A DNA stretch of 64,000 nt from Trichosphaerium sp. ATCC 40318. Lineage: Eukaryota; Protista; Tubulinea. Both the position numbers and the translations under genes were made by a program. Shown piece by piece: positions 1-12,255 of the stretch (its first letter is position 1; each line of letters starts with the position of its first letter). The notes under the pieces are model-generated. The model saw only the letters and a list, made by a program, of their open reading frames with translations, had not been told where the DNA came from and did no database searches. Where the stretch lies: the NCBI GenBank assembly GCA_038496445.1, contig JALMLS010000626.1:1-64000 (forward strand), in the 5' to 3' direction.

Positions 1-1421
1 TTTGAAAAGGGATAAGGATAAGTTCTCTTCAGATGATTATATGGGTGAAGCAATCCTTGACATTTCAGAGTTTATCAAAGAACGTTTTGAAAAATTTGAT
101 ACCTACTCAAATTTGCATGGAGCTCTATCTGGTGGCCATCGACCACCTCCTGTAGTACTCGAGTTAGTTCCGCGTACGGGATACAAAGGAGAAGTATGTG
201 GAACGATAAGCATTGACTTTCACATTGACATCACGGCGTACAACAAAGCGGCTGTCAAAGAAAGGACGACTATAGCGAAGAATCTTCAGCTGAAAAATGA
301 AGCAAGAAAGAAGGAACAAGAGCGTCTCAAACAAATCGAAAAAGAAAAACTTGATAAAAAAAAGAAGAAACAAGAAAGAGTTTTTAATGAATCCTTTGAA
401 GCTGAAAAGAAGAACTTAGATGAAGCATTAGAAAAAGTAAATGAACAAGAAGACTTGTCTTCATTCGACATTAAGTCTTTAATACCAAAGAAATGTTCAT
501 CTAAAGTACGTGCCAAGCTTGTTAAGGATAACTTCAAAAGGATCATTATCAGATTTAAAGACCCTGTCATTGAAGAATGCAAAAAGAATAAAGAGGAAGA
601 GAAAATTTGTAAACTTGTGAAGTCGTTCATCAAGTTTTTGACTTCCGATATTAAAGACAATGGTAAAGAGCTCAAAGACGTCATCACATCTGAAGACATC
701 GATATTATCATCCAAACTAAGGCCATAGAACTATATGAAAAGAAGATAATATCACGTGCCATGAAATCAAACGGTGTAGCTCTTGGCGCTCCAACAGAAG
801 AGTTTTTGAAGTCTATATTATGGCCAGGACAGATTGGAGATACGGGTGCTGCTAAAATCAACAGCTGGACTAAAGCTTCGCCTCCAAGTAACTTCGACTT
901 GGAAGTTACAATCAGCAACTTGACCCATCAGTTTAAACTGATAACAGAATTCCAACAAGAACATGCTGATGTTCTTAAAAAATGGGGATCTTTCATGATG
1001 GCTCTTGACCTCAAATTGCAGACAAAGACAGCTGATATGTTTGCTTCTTGTCCAGAAAGGGCGTGGTCTACGTTTGCTGAACTTGTTTATAATCTGATAC
1101 ATGGTCCAGCTAAGATACATCAACAAGAGGTTCTCAAAAAGTACGTGTTGTTTCTAACTTTTTGTTGAAATCCCATTTTTTCCTCTCTTTTTAGTCTTCC
1201 GTTGTTTCTAATTTTTTATTTTTGTTAGGTTCTTTACTGGTAGGGATGGATATCTTTTAGTGTCAGGCATAGGCCAAAATATTCGTAACATGCGCGTGTT
1301 GGAACCTGAGAAGAATGTGCACACTTTTAAGTTACTTTATGCTACATATTTTGAATATCTTTCAATACTGTTAAACGGAAACTTGTATTGTATGATATGC
1401 TTTATTCTTTGGATAACTTGA
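1..1421 (+). CDS. C2-domain protein with coiled-coil, 5' truncated by window
   Basis: RDKDKFSSDDYMGEAILDIS is a typical C2 loop-3 motif. A K/E-rich coiled-coil follows. Intron gtacgt..ttag at ~1141-1229, and the frame continues to TGA at ~1421. Confidence 0.65.
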
Positions 1422-1470
1422 CTTTCACAAGCACTTCATGGTGGTGTAAAAGGAGGATATTACATTATTC

Positions 1471-2026
1471 TCACCTTAAAACAAACTTGACAGTACAGTT
1501 GTCGCCTCCTCCTTGGATTACCAAAACGGTGGATGGCTCGGCTTGACTGTGATTGGATCCAGAATAAGGATTTGAAGTTGTTAGAACATACTCTTTTCCT
1601 GTTTTCACATCCTTGTACCACGCTTTGGCGAGAGTCACACCAGTCATGAATCCATTACTTTCGCATCCGTAAGCTTCTTCAGTGTTTGACTTGATATCAG
1701 AAGGAGGAAGAATCGAGCTACTCCACACACCTAGAAGTGTAAGAAATGTCGAAGATTGCGTTTTGTAGTTTGTACCTGAGCCACCTGAGTTATCTTTTGG
1801 TTGGGGCGCTTTCACAAGCGTGAGATCGTTTCCTGTCTTATTAACGACAATAACATCAATACTTCGGGTAGCTCTACCATCTCCAAACAGGTTTTTCTTT
1901 AACCTATCCATGAGAGTAGTGCCAATATCGACGGCTATTTAACACGTGCTGTTAGTGTAATAATTTAATAGTTTTGGCGTTACCTTGCTCAGTCGCGAAT
2001 GCTATTGCTGCTGCTTTAAATGCCAT
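1471..2026 (-). CDS. Aegerolysin/Cry34(Gpp34)-like beta-sandwich protein, ~150 aa, 2 introns
   Basis: Exons 2026-1984, 1934-1776, 1730-1471. Motifs RSIDVIVVNKTG, GVWS..PP..I, ESNGFMTG and NPYSGSN match the aegerolysin/ET79-like pattern. Confidence 0.7.
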
Positions 2027-2245
2027 TTATTTCAAATTGATGAGGTGCTTTGTTGGTTGTTGTGGTTATATTATGATACCTTCAAAAAGTTCACAAGAAA
2101 AACGGAAGTGAAGTGTTTAACTGAAAAACAAGCGGTTTTTTGGTACAGTATGATGTAGCCTTGTAATAGTGTTTAAAAAACACAGGTTTGTCAAGTATTA
2201 CATTGTTGAAAGGTGACGTGAGAGGCAACTAAAAAAGAACGCTAC

Positions 2246-2687
2246 TGACAAGTGACATGTGAACTTAAAAATAAAATGATGACTTTTTATCAAAACGTAG
2301 TATTACCTTACCAATATCACGTGCTTTCAAAATACATCTACTTGGAATGTACAAAAGTTTGTAGTTTATAAAACGAATTCTTTTTAAAACGAAACCTGGA
2401 TTGCTCTAGAAATACCGCCAAAAGCTTCAATCCAATCTCGCAGTTTTTTTTGTTTGAAAGAAAACTACAAACAATTTGATACAAAGGACAATAGCTGTGT
2501 GTACCAGACAGTTCATGATTTAGAACGCCATTATTACAGGTTCTAGATAAGTGCTTGACGTATCTTGTAACTATCCAGAATAATACTACATATCTTCTCT
2601 ATTTGAATGCACGTGACATTGGTAAGGTAATACTACGTTTTGATAAAAAGTCATCATTTCATGGTCAAGTTCTCATGTCACTTGTCA
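2246..2687. repeat. Imperfect inverted repeat, ~85-bp arms (2246-2331 / 2601-2687)
   Basis: atgatgactttttatcaaaacgtagtattaccttaccaat..tcacgtgc is the reverse complement of gcacgtga..attggtaaggtaatactacgttttgataaaaagtcatcat. Confidence 0.95.
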
Positions 2688-2791
2688 ACAAGGTGTTGTT
2701 TACAATACTAGTTTATTATCACGATTAAACAGTTACATAAGTAGTACAGTAGTTTTTCAGTAAAATAGTTCATTGAGGTTTTGAGCGGTGT

Positions 2792-2857
2792 GTTTTGACA
2801 ACTTCAAGCCCACAGGAGTAATCAGCTGAGCCGCCACTGTTTTGGTCATTCAAGGAG
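2792..2857 (+). pseudogene. Decayed inverted copy of the 3' end of the aegerolysin-like gene
   Basis: gttttgacaacttca..gctgagccgccactgttttggtcattcaaggag matches gttctaacaacttca..gccgagccatccaccgttttggtaatccaaggag (VLTTS..AEPSTVLVIQG), with indels and a stop. Confidence 0.75.
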
Positions 2858-3489
2858 AATTGGATGTGATGCACTACTTTACCTCACATGAAGTGGGCTT
2901 GTGAAAGACCGAGCAGTCCAAGCCTTTGGATACTATGCTTTTGTTAGTAAGCGACTACACGAATGAAGTATACAGCTAGAAGTGCTTACTTAGCTGTTTA
3001 AACAACTCTTTGTTAGACTAGTGGAGTATATCTGGTATCATTTGACCCTTAGCTTTCTTTCAAGTCAGGACATTACTATTGCTGTCAGAAATTGTGATTC
3101 TGTGTCAAGAAAGTGAAAACAAATAATCTGTCGCTTTGTTACCGCATTCAATTGTAAATTGCCACATCAAAAGAGCTGCGCTAGAGCCACTAGACATTGA
3201 TATGTTGAGATACTGTTAAGAACAAGAGATCTACTAGCAAGAGGGAGATAAAACCGACAGCCTCAAAGCATGGTACAATACCAAAAGGATTGCTTGTAGT
3301 GTACTTTACTGTACTCGTCTTAACTATGTAACAATCCCTTAATAATATCGGTTAACACTGCTAAAACTATCTGCTGTTCATCTCCATTACGTACTTTTAC
3401 TTCATGTAAGCCTAAGCGCAACTGTAGAAAGAAAACACCAGATTCAGAGTAGCACTTTGGGAGAAAATTAACTATTGTTCAAGATGCTC

Positions 3490-3622
3490 ACTGCCTTCGA
3501 ATGTTGTGGGTTTGTGTTGTATAAGCCATTGACGCATTTGCATGTAAGAGCAATTCAAGCTTCGAGAAGCATCTAACTCGTTTTAATATCTCTTCTAGTA
3601 TCTCAACGGGACAATGTTCCAT
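3490..3622 (-). pseudogene. Possible frameshifted F-box gene remnant
   Basis: MEHCPVEILEEILKRV is followed in another frame by IALTCK, resembling the F-box consensus. No continuing ORF. Confidence 0.3.
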
Positions 3623-3900
3623 ACAATAACAATTTTAACACAATTTTTAAACTGTGCCTTAGACGGCAAAGCTTGGATAAGTACCTAATTACTAAACGAC
3701 ACTATTGGGGCTATCTGAAAACCAAACTCAGCTGATAAGGAAACCATAACTAGCGATGACAGCACTAAACTATACGCAACTCTGGGCGGTAACGAAACAA
3801 ACTACTAAGATATTGTAATGTACAACTTTTTGTTTATTTTGTTTTCTTTCTTCCTCATGCGTTTATCTAAAAAATGAGGCTACGCTAGCTAGCATACTTA

Positions 3901-5553
3901 TTAGTCAATCACAACCAACTTCTCGAACTCCTCAGTATCGATTGCTTTTTGAATCATAAGCCAAGGTGTTAGTTCAACACCATCCAAGAATAAGTTCAAC
4001 ATAGCAGGTGAAAAACCGGATACCATTGCTACGCCAGGCTCTTCCTTTGTTACAGGAATAGAGCTAGAATGACGCAAGTTCCAGTAAACGATTTGAGGCA
4101 TATCGAATCCCATGGCTCTAAACTTAGACTTGATATCTTCGTGGCTTGTTCTGAAGGCACCAGTTTGAGCAGCGTCGAATTCCATGTCACTAAAGACAAA
4201 GATTGTTTCTGGCATGTCGTCAGCGTCGACTTTTCCGGTCTTGGCGAAATCAAGTAGTAGATCAAACACAGCAGCGAAGTTTGTGTTCATGCCCCAAGGC
4301 ATATTTTTGATAGAGGTAACACGGTCTCTTAGGCTTTTTCCTTGTACTTTGAAGAAAGAAGGAGTACTGTGGAAAGTAATAACGTGATTTTTGAATGGAC
4401 CCTCTGTGACCTCGCTCAAGATAAGACCAAGAGCGATAGCTACTTGCATAGGTATACCGCTCATAGATCCAGATACGTCTACGACAGAAAGGCACTTTGG
4501 TAAGTTCGAGGCAGCCTTGATTTTGTTGACTTTGTCGGTCCATTGGAGTTCTAGGGCTTGACCGTCTGCGACATTTCCGGCCAATAGCTTCTCGATGATA
4601 ACATGCGGCAAGATAGCTCCAGATGCGATTGTGGCTGTTCCAGCTTTGACTGCATCCAAGTACGCTTGATAACGCTCTTCGTCGTGTTTAGCGAAGATTT
4701 TTCTGTTATTCGCCATACACACAGAAGGGACACGTGTGTATACGATTTTCTTCCATTGATTCGCAGACATATGTACTTCAGGGACGCATGTGTACTTTCT
4801 CATTGCCGTGAGCGCTTTACGGTATTTATAGAGGCACGCTGGTTCTACGTAAGGTGCACCTTCTTCTCTTTTCTTTGGCTCAGGACAGTCAGGGAACATG
4901 AGCATAGCGATTTTTTGGGCGAGTTTAAACTTCTTGTCGTGTTTCTTGCCTGGAGAAGGCGCCCATTTGGCGCAAAGTGAGATTTTCGCTTTTTGCTCCA
5001 TTAGGTCGAAGTCCTCCTTGAGTTGTGTGGCGAATAGTTGTACTACAGCTTCGATTACGCGAGGAAAGTTTTTATCGTTTGAAATATCTTCGCCTTCTCC
5101 CTTTAGGGTTTTTCCAGAGCGTTCTGTAGGTTTAAGGAGTAGTTCGAGTAAATCCTTCCAGTAGCCAAACATAGGAACGCATTTGAGGTTGGCGATGAAA
5201 GTGTCTGGGTGAGTAGCCAAGAGCCACGTTAGGCAGGTGTAAAAGCATTTTCGCTCGTTCTTTCCGTTTCTTACATCACGTAGCTGAAATATGAGCTTGA
5301 GTGTATCTAAACGGCATTCATCCCACGATTTCTAATGTTGTAGTTAGTACAAAGTAATTTTACTTCATTTATCATTAAAACAAGTAAAACTGTATATGCG
5401 TACCTTAACAAGGTCGCAGATTGCGTCTGCTGGTGATGACGGTACAACTTGGAAGAAAAAGTCTACGCGGGCAGAAGATGATGTAGCGTGTGTGAGAGCG
5501 CCATTTTCAGTAACGGTAGTATTGGCAGGAGGTGTTGGCTTTGTGTTAGACAT
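3901..5553 (-). CDS. DUF2828 (TROVE-like) + vWA domain protein, 526 aa, one intron (5403-5332)
   Basis: Motifs TENGA.T, LKLIFQLRDVR.GK.ER, GYWKDL, SLCAKWAP, Y.RVPS, the vWA MIDAS DVSGSM, FVFSDMEFD and IVYWNLR. Confidence 0.9.
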
Positions 5554-5671
5554 CGCAGTAATAGTGATATTCTAAAGTTTACGAAAACTGGAAATTTCGA
5601 TTTTTTCGTCTTTCTCTACGAATTTTATCTTAACCGCGGGCGTGCTTGCTAGTTCACTTGACACGCTTAGA

Positions 5672-6428
5672 TAGAGGTGGCAAATACCGGTCCGATACCG
5701 GTCCGGTTTCAATATATCGGTTTTCGGTCTGTAACCGGTCCGTGATTTAGAACAAGAGCAGTATGCATTCAGTGAACACCAGTTAGTTGTTTCGTAAGTG
5801 GCTTCTTTTTGAACCACCAGCCACTTTATTTTGAATAAAAGTGGCCTGAAACGCCTTAAAATTGAGAGTTCTACACATAGAGTGGTTGAAAGCCCTCAAT
5901 CAGCCCATTTTAACAAAATTACTGTTTAGCGTGGTAAAACAAGGTCACGCTGGCCTAACCGCTACTTTTTTTGTCAAAATGTGCCTGTGGTGATGTTATT
6001 TTGACATTTGGAACAAAATCACGTGCTGTTAGCTACTTTCTACACTTTTGCCCAAACATCTTTTTATCACTTTGTGCCCGTAGAGCAACATATCAAGTGC
6101 ATTACTTACGCGAAAAATAGTATCTTTAGGTATGAATTAAAAAAAGTGGTGATATTCAAACCTGCCACAAAAAGTGTACAGCCACCTTATGTGCATGCAC
6201 ACAGTGAGTAGGTCAATGGGTGGATGCCTCTGAGATTTTGTGACAGGGACCGTTTGGACCGATAAAAATCCAAGGGAGTAGTACCCTTTGACAAAAATTC
6301 CTTTTTCGGCTATTTTTCCGATTTTCCAAGGGTACTCCCTCTGACAGCGGACCGTTTGGACCGTTTACGGACCGGTCTTTTGCGTTTTGGTCCGGAACTG
6401 GTTCGGACCAGTATTTCTGCCATCTCTA
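5672..6428. mobile_element. Non-autonomous hAT-type DNA transposon (MITE-like), 757 bp
   Basis: TIRs TAGAGGTGGCA-AATACCGGTCCGA / TAGAGATGGCAGAAATACTGGTCCGA. Perfect 8-bp TSD CGCTTAGA at 5664-5671 and 6429-6436. Subterminal CGGTCC/GGACCG repeats. No transposase ORF. Confidence 0.92.
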
Positions 6429-7131
6429 CGCTTAGAATAGTTATATACACTACTAATACACTATATTATATTGCTTTACAAAGTTTTAATTTCGCTTCAT
6501 TTGTACTTCTTCATCAGACTCATACCACTATCATTTTTAGGGCGTATAAACGCGTTTCTGTTTTTGTTTCTCGAAACCAGAATTTGATTTCTTCGGTTTT
6601 GGGTTTGGACGAAGTGTAGCGCTTGGTTTTTCATTGATCTTGTTACACAGTGTATCCACAAGGATATTTGTATCCTGTGGCGCGATTTAACTTGGCCATA
6701 TAATGATAAAGAGCACACAATTGCTTTCTTCTTTCTTCAAAACATACCTTTTTTTTTTCTTCGGTTAGATTCACGTGTACAACGTTAGTATTCCTGGACG
6801 TACGGTTTGAACCTTATTTCGTGTGTCTTGAGTATAGTTTTCTTTGTGAAGAGCAATAATTGAAGTTCTAATGTTTTCTTCATTTTTGATTGTAAGGCTA
6901 GTTTGTTTGCTAGCTGTCGAAGTTTCTTTAGTACATCAGTGTGTGCTTTTCTATAGTGAATATGGTTAGAAACTTGTTCGGTACAGTGAGATGGGTGTGT
7001 GGCGTACTCGTTCAAAGGTAAGTTAATTCGCTTACATTCTTCATCACGTGGCGTGCAATTGTGCCGTCAATACGTCAATCAAATTCTCATAAGCCTTTTG
7101 TTTGCTATATTTAGTTTTAAAAACTTATTTT

Positions 7132-8330
7132 TTATTTCTTTCTCAGTGGTACAAGCTTATTTGAAAACCACAAACTGTACATTACATCCACAATAGGTTT
7201 ATGAAGATAGTTTCCAGTAGTGGAATTGATTAAAAGTAGGTTATTCTCTTGCTTGCCGTTGTTATTTAGTACAACAGGCTTTAGAACTGCAAAGTGCCCA
7301 AGCAACTTTAAATGAAGTCAGAACGAAATCTACTTGTAACTGATACGTACATCTATGATAAAAGTGATATTCATATCACCTCTCGTATCTATACTGAAGC
7401 GTTTTTGCCATTCAGGTGGTGTAAGAAGTACTGTGCCACCTTCCTTTTCATCTTGAACTTCAAAAAAGAACCGAAACTTTTCAAAAGGCACCTCCTCTGA
7501 AAAGCGCTCCTTCTCTTCATGTTTTAGTGTTTCTACACGTTCTATAAACATAAATGATTCGTTTTAAATATCAACCTGGATGTGGCTCCACGTGTCTAAT
7601 AAATTGGACGTTGGCATTAGGATTTTTGATCATCCAATCCGAGATTTCATAGTTTGCCACCCAATCGCTTATATAATCTTCTTTCTTTGCTTTATCCACA
7701 AATGCTTTCTCATGCTTTTTAACGTATTCATTACGATCACCTTGTATAAATGTCATTACCTTAATTAGAAATGAGCTAAGTCAACACAGCAACGTTATTC
7801 TTATTTCTACCTCCTCCACCTTTGGTAGCAACGTTTTCTCATCATTTAGCTTTGAGAGTACATTGTTAACATGCTCAATGGTAGTTTCGTAGGGTATTGT
7901 ATCTTTAGAAACCAAATACGCAGTTGCAACTGAAATATACCCGCATGACGCTGAAGGCGCGCTATGCTTCTTGATGCTATCCCTAGTGAGCCAAAAAGGC
8001 GGTCTGAAAATGGCCAAGCATACATTGGTTTGTATAACGGTCCAAACTGATCAATTGACTTCAATTCGCGTATGAAACCACCCTGCTTTGCTAGAGAGGT
8101 GCTTTCCTTACTAAAAATAGGCAAACCACGCTTTGGTACTACCTTCGTTACTACGCGCCATGGGTCATGTATGGCGTACACGTTCCGGCTTGGTGGTCCT
8201 TGTAGCACTTAGAACACATATCGTTCTGCTCCGGCGTCCTACTATGCGTTAAACCGACTATCTTTGTAAAGTAGTATTACCCACAGAAGCCACATCCGGC
8301 AGTACATAGTTTAGGTGCAGGAGTGCTCAT
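7132..8330 (-). CDS. A20-type zinc finger fused to a putative papain-like cysteine protease domain
   Basis: Spliced N-terminus [32 protein letters not shown] (zf-A20). Later exons give DQF..SASCGYISVA, IIDLLGHFAVL and LLLINST. Confidence 0.7.
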
Positions 8331-8602
8331 GATGTGTTCGAACTTTTTGAAAAAACAGTTGCTTTTCCTTTCTGTGATTGGAAAGACAATGACTGCAATG
8401 GTCTTGGTTATCACATCTAACATACTATCGGTCTTAAATTATCCACAAACCTATCCTAAAGCAAATATGAAGCCTATTTATAGCACGCACGTGTCAAACG
8501 AGGAACATTGCTTTATATTGTGGCGCGCTGCAAAGATGCTGCAGTATCTACAGGTTGCACAGATAGTACGAAACATAAGAAACGTGATTACATTTAAGAG
8601 GT

Positions 8603-9360
8603 TTATTGTACTACAGTTAACAGCTTTAGCCTTTCTCGCCAACTTTTGTCTTTTTTAGACTTGGGCTGTACAACACGTTTAGCCTTTCGCTTTGGTTTAC
8701 GTGTAGTTTTGTTGTACTTTAGCAGCTCCTGGCGTAAGTCATTTGGAATTTTTTCGATGCGTATCTCAGTATTATACAAAACAATCTTGTTCAGCTTCAA
8801 CAAAAGTACCTCTTGAGAAACTATCATAGTTATCTTTTATGAACTTTATATAACGCCCTTTATCTGTAAGTGAGAATTCGCGAAGAACCCAACATACAAT
8901 AAAATAGTACGCACGTGATCAAAACATACAATAGTAATTGCAAGCAAAAAAGAAAAAAGATATGTACCCATTGCGAGCTGTACGAAACGTTCAAGGTGTT
9001 GAACACGTTGTACAAATGTCATATATAATGTCGTCATGCTCTCCATGCCTCTCTAGTGTACAAAAGACACTATTCTCATCAATTAAGAGATGTTAACAAA
9101 ACTACACTCACCAAGAAGACGAATGGCCATAATGATCAATTTGAAACTCGGTTTGGGCTAACAGAATTGGCAAAAATGAGACGTAATTGTTCATTGACAA
9201 TGCACAGGCACTCAAAATTATATTCGCTAGAAGTGGCCTTTCGCCGAGTTGAAAGGATCGCAGACTTCCACCAGTCTTCAGAACAGTAAAGTTCATCCGA
9301 ACAAAGTGTCGTCTGCCAGCATCAAACAGTATACTCTATTAGGAGCTGGCTTAGGACCCT
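8603..9360 (-). other. Exon-like fragments of a hypothetical or degenerate gene
   Basis: Short ORFs bounded by GT/AG, but I could not join them into one clean frame. Confidence 0.25.
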
Positions 9361-9736
9361 GGTAAAAGGAGTCAATTTGAAAAGAGAACAAATCCAAAAA
9401 ATAAACTTTTGTTTTATTTCGCTTGTAAACTCTCAAAAAAAAACTATCGCTACTACTATGTCATCGAGCAAAATGATTTCATAAACTATTAAAGAATATC
9501 TGACATAAAGAAAATGAGAGAAACAGGAGGTCAGATTAGGCGTACAGTTCCCTTTTTCGACAAAAGAATTGGGCTAACTTTGTTTCCTTCACAAAAAATA
9601 TTTTGGAAAAGAAGAAAATAATATTGCAATGTTTAATTCAAAAGAGGGACGCTTTTAATTATTTGTGTTTGTATGTCGTGCGTACAATTTGGCTATTATT
9701 TTTTGGTCGGTTTTTCAAGCTCGCTTTGTAATGCCA

Positions 9737-11838
9737 CTATTGTGCAAGACATTTTTTGAAGTCAGCTTCAAATTCTTCCTTGTTAAGGTTTGTGCCAATA
9801 AATACGAGTCTGTTGATTCGTTTCTCTTTTGGACCCCAAGGAGATATTGGATTACCATCAAAGAGCATATGTACTCCTTGAAACACAAATTTTTCTTTCA
9901 TTCCTTTGATACCTATCGATAAAAAGATAAATAAAAGATAACTTCGCAATCAAAAAAAAAGAATCACGTACTCAAGATACCCTTCATTCTGAAAATATCA
10001 TTTCCACTCTTCTGCAATAGCCCTGACATCCATGTATTCAGTTTGGTCATATCCAAGTCGCCAGGCATCTCTATAGAGACAGATGTGACAAGATCCTGAG
10101 AAAAATATAAGATTCGGTTTTTAACAATAACGATCGTACAGAGTGTTCGTGTTCGTCTCCGGAAACTAAAAAGTCTTCCTCATTTTCTAATATCGCTTCC
10201 AAAGAGAATTTCTGAATGTTCATGATCTCATCAAGGTCTACTTTAGAGTGTAAAGTTGGGATTACCTTACAAAACAATAAGTTGTTGAAGACAATGTATG
10301 TAAAAAAAAAGTTGCTGTTACCTTTACACCTGAGTTAAGGCTTGATATACGTTTCTGTATAGTTTTCATCTCTTCTTCGTTGACTTTAAAGACAATAAGC
10401 TTCACGGAAAACCGGTAAACATTAAAACAACAAAAGTGTACCTAAATCTGTCTTGTTAAGGAGTACAACATCCGCAAATGCAATTTGTTCAACTGCCTCA
10501 TTCTCAACATCTGGATTTTCGTATTCTTGGTCCAAGTGTTGAATAATATGCTTGGCATCAACAACAGTGACAACACCTAAAAGAGATGGTGTTAAACAAC
10601 ACAAACAACAAATATCCCTTTCGAAAAAAAAAAAAAACAAACCAAACTTACCATCAAGTTTAAAGCGAGTGCTGAACTCTGGTACTGTAAAAAACGTCTG
10701 AATAATAGGCGCTGGATCAGCCACTAGATGAAAAACCGAGTTAGCACATGTTTTAGAGAGGGAGGTAACCCAAAGGCAAAGGCAATTGGTAGAGCGTACA
10801 TCCTGTTGTTTCTATCATAATGTAGTCAAATTCTGATTTCCTCTTTACCAAGTCTCCAAGAATTTTAATTAAATCACCACGAACAGTACAACAGATACAA
10901 CCGTTGTTCATTACTAGAATCTAATATAGCGTGAGAAATAAACGGAAAAACTCAGAAAAAACAAAGTTTTTTTTTCTCCTCCTCACCTCTTCAGCTTTAT
11001 TAAACTTTCCTTTTACAAGAGCATCATCGATTCCTATTTTACCGAATTCGTTCTCAATAACTACGCAAAACGTTACTACGCACGTACACGGAAAAGAATG
11101 TGGCGTACCGGCAATTCGTTTGCCATGGTTTTCTTCTAGTACGTAGTTGAGGAGTGTCGTTTTACCACTTCCCAAGAATCCTAAAGAAGAACAAAAAAGG
11201 TGAGGGACGCTAGTTTTTCTCACATTCGGTACCTGTGATTACAGTAACCGGAATGGTGGCATTTGCTACGTTAATCGCTGCTCCTTGGGTACAAAGTGCC
11301 TCACATAATTCGTAGACAATACGAGTTTGATCGTGTAGGAGCTCGATTGTGGTTTTTAACAGTTGAAGAGGATCTTCGTCGACCTTCTTTGGTCCTATAA
11401 CAATAGCGCGGCAGTAACTATTGACTATTAGGTTTGTCACGAAGCAAAATAAAGACATGTGTACCCTCCAGCTTGAACTATAAGGTTTCTGATTGTTCTA
11501 TTACAATTGTAAGCGTAGGTAGGAGTACACAACTGATTTGTACCCAACCCAGTTGTTTAATGTTTCCTTTGACGCTGCACTGGATACAATGAGCGATGCT
11601 ACGTGGTCTTTGATAGCTTTGTAAACTAAAAACATCAACGAGGTGTCGTATAATACTAATACGTACCTATACTAACCTCAGATACCACTGCTGCTAATTT
11701 AGGTTTGTTTTCTTCAGCAGGTTCTTTAACGCTATTCGCCAAATTGATGAATACTGTGGATGCAGAAAGGAGTTCAAAGACAAGTGCTTGCATGAGTTTC
11801 GAGCTGTAAGACAAATGGTGAATCTTTTTGAAAAGCAT
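9737..11838 (-). CDS. COG0523 CobW/CBWD (ZNG1-like) metal-chaperone GTPase with N-terminal extension
   Basis: IPVTVIT|GFLGSGKTT, IENEFG, NNGCICCTVRGDL, IETTG|LADPAP, VVDAKH, EQIAFAD, LNKTD, FRMKG, FQGVH, RLVFIG. Confidence 0.92.
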
Positions 11839-12255
11839 TTTTCGCCAGGGCGATCAAAAAAACCCTGGAATAGTTTTATACCGCCACAAGGTATTTTTTT
11901 TGAGATAATTCAAATTAAAATAAAGACAATACAAGGTTCGAATGCGTTTGTTTAGAATTTATTCAAAATGAAGCAGTCGCTCATTATTACAAGGTCATTA
12001 ACCCAACAAGTTTGGAAAACGCAACTCCAATGTGGTACCATCAGAGAATTGAGTGTTTTGGCGGACAGTAGCGTTTGGGTCGAGCTTATGTTTCTTTCCG
12101 CTACGGTGACAGTGAATAAAGCGAAATATATGCGTTTGGAGGTGAAAAAAAAAAAACCAAAGCATTTCTGTTTTAGTTTAAATAACGCGTTTTTGGGATT
12201 TTTGAAGTCACGTGCTCATAAAAAAAAGGAAAAACCACCAATCCGTACTTTTTGT

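Noticed and set aside
2246-2687. Inverted repeat read as a MITE
   Set aside because: No TSD evident; better explained by the inverted duplication of the aegerolysin-like locus.
6497-7015. Minus-strand exon-like ORFs next to the hAT element
   Set aside because: Could not be spliced into a continuous frame; no transposase or other motif.
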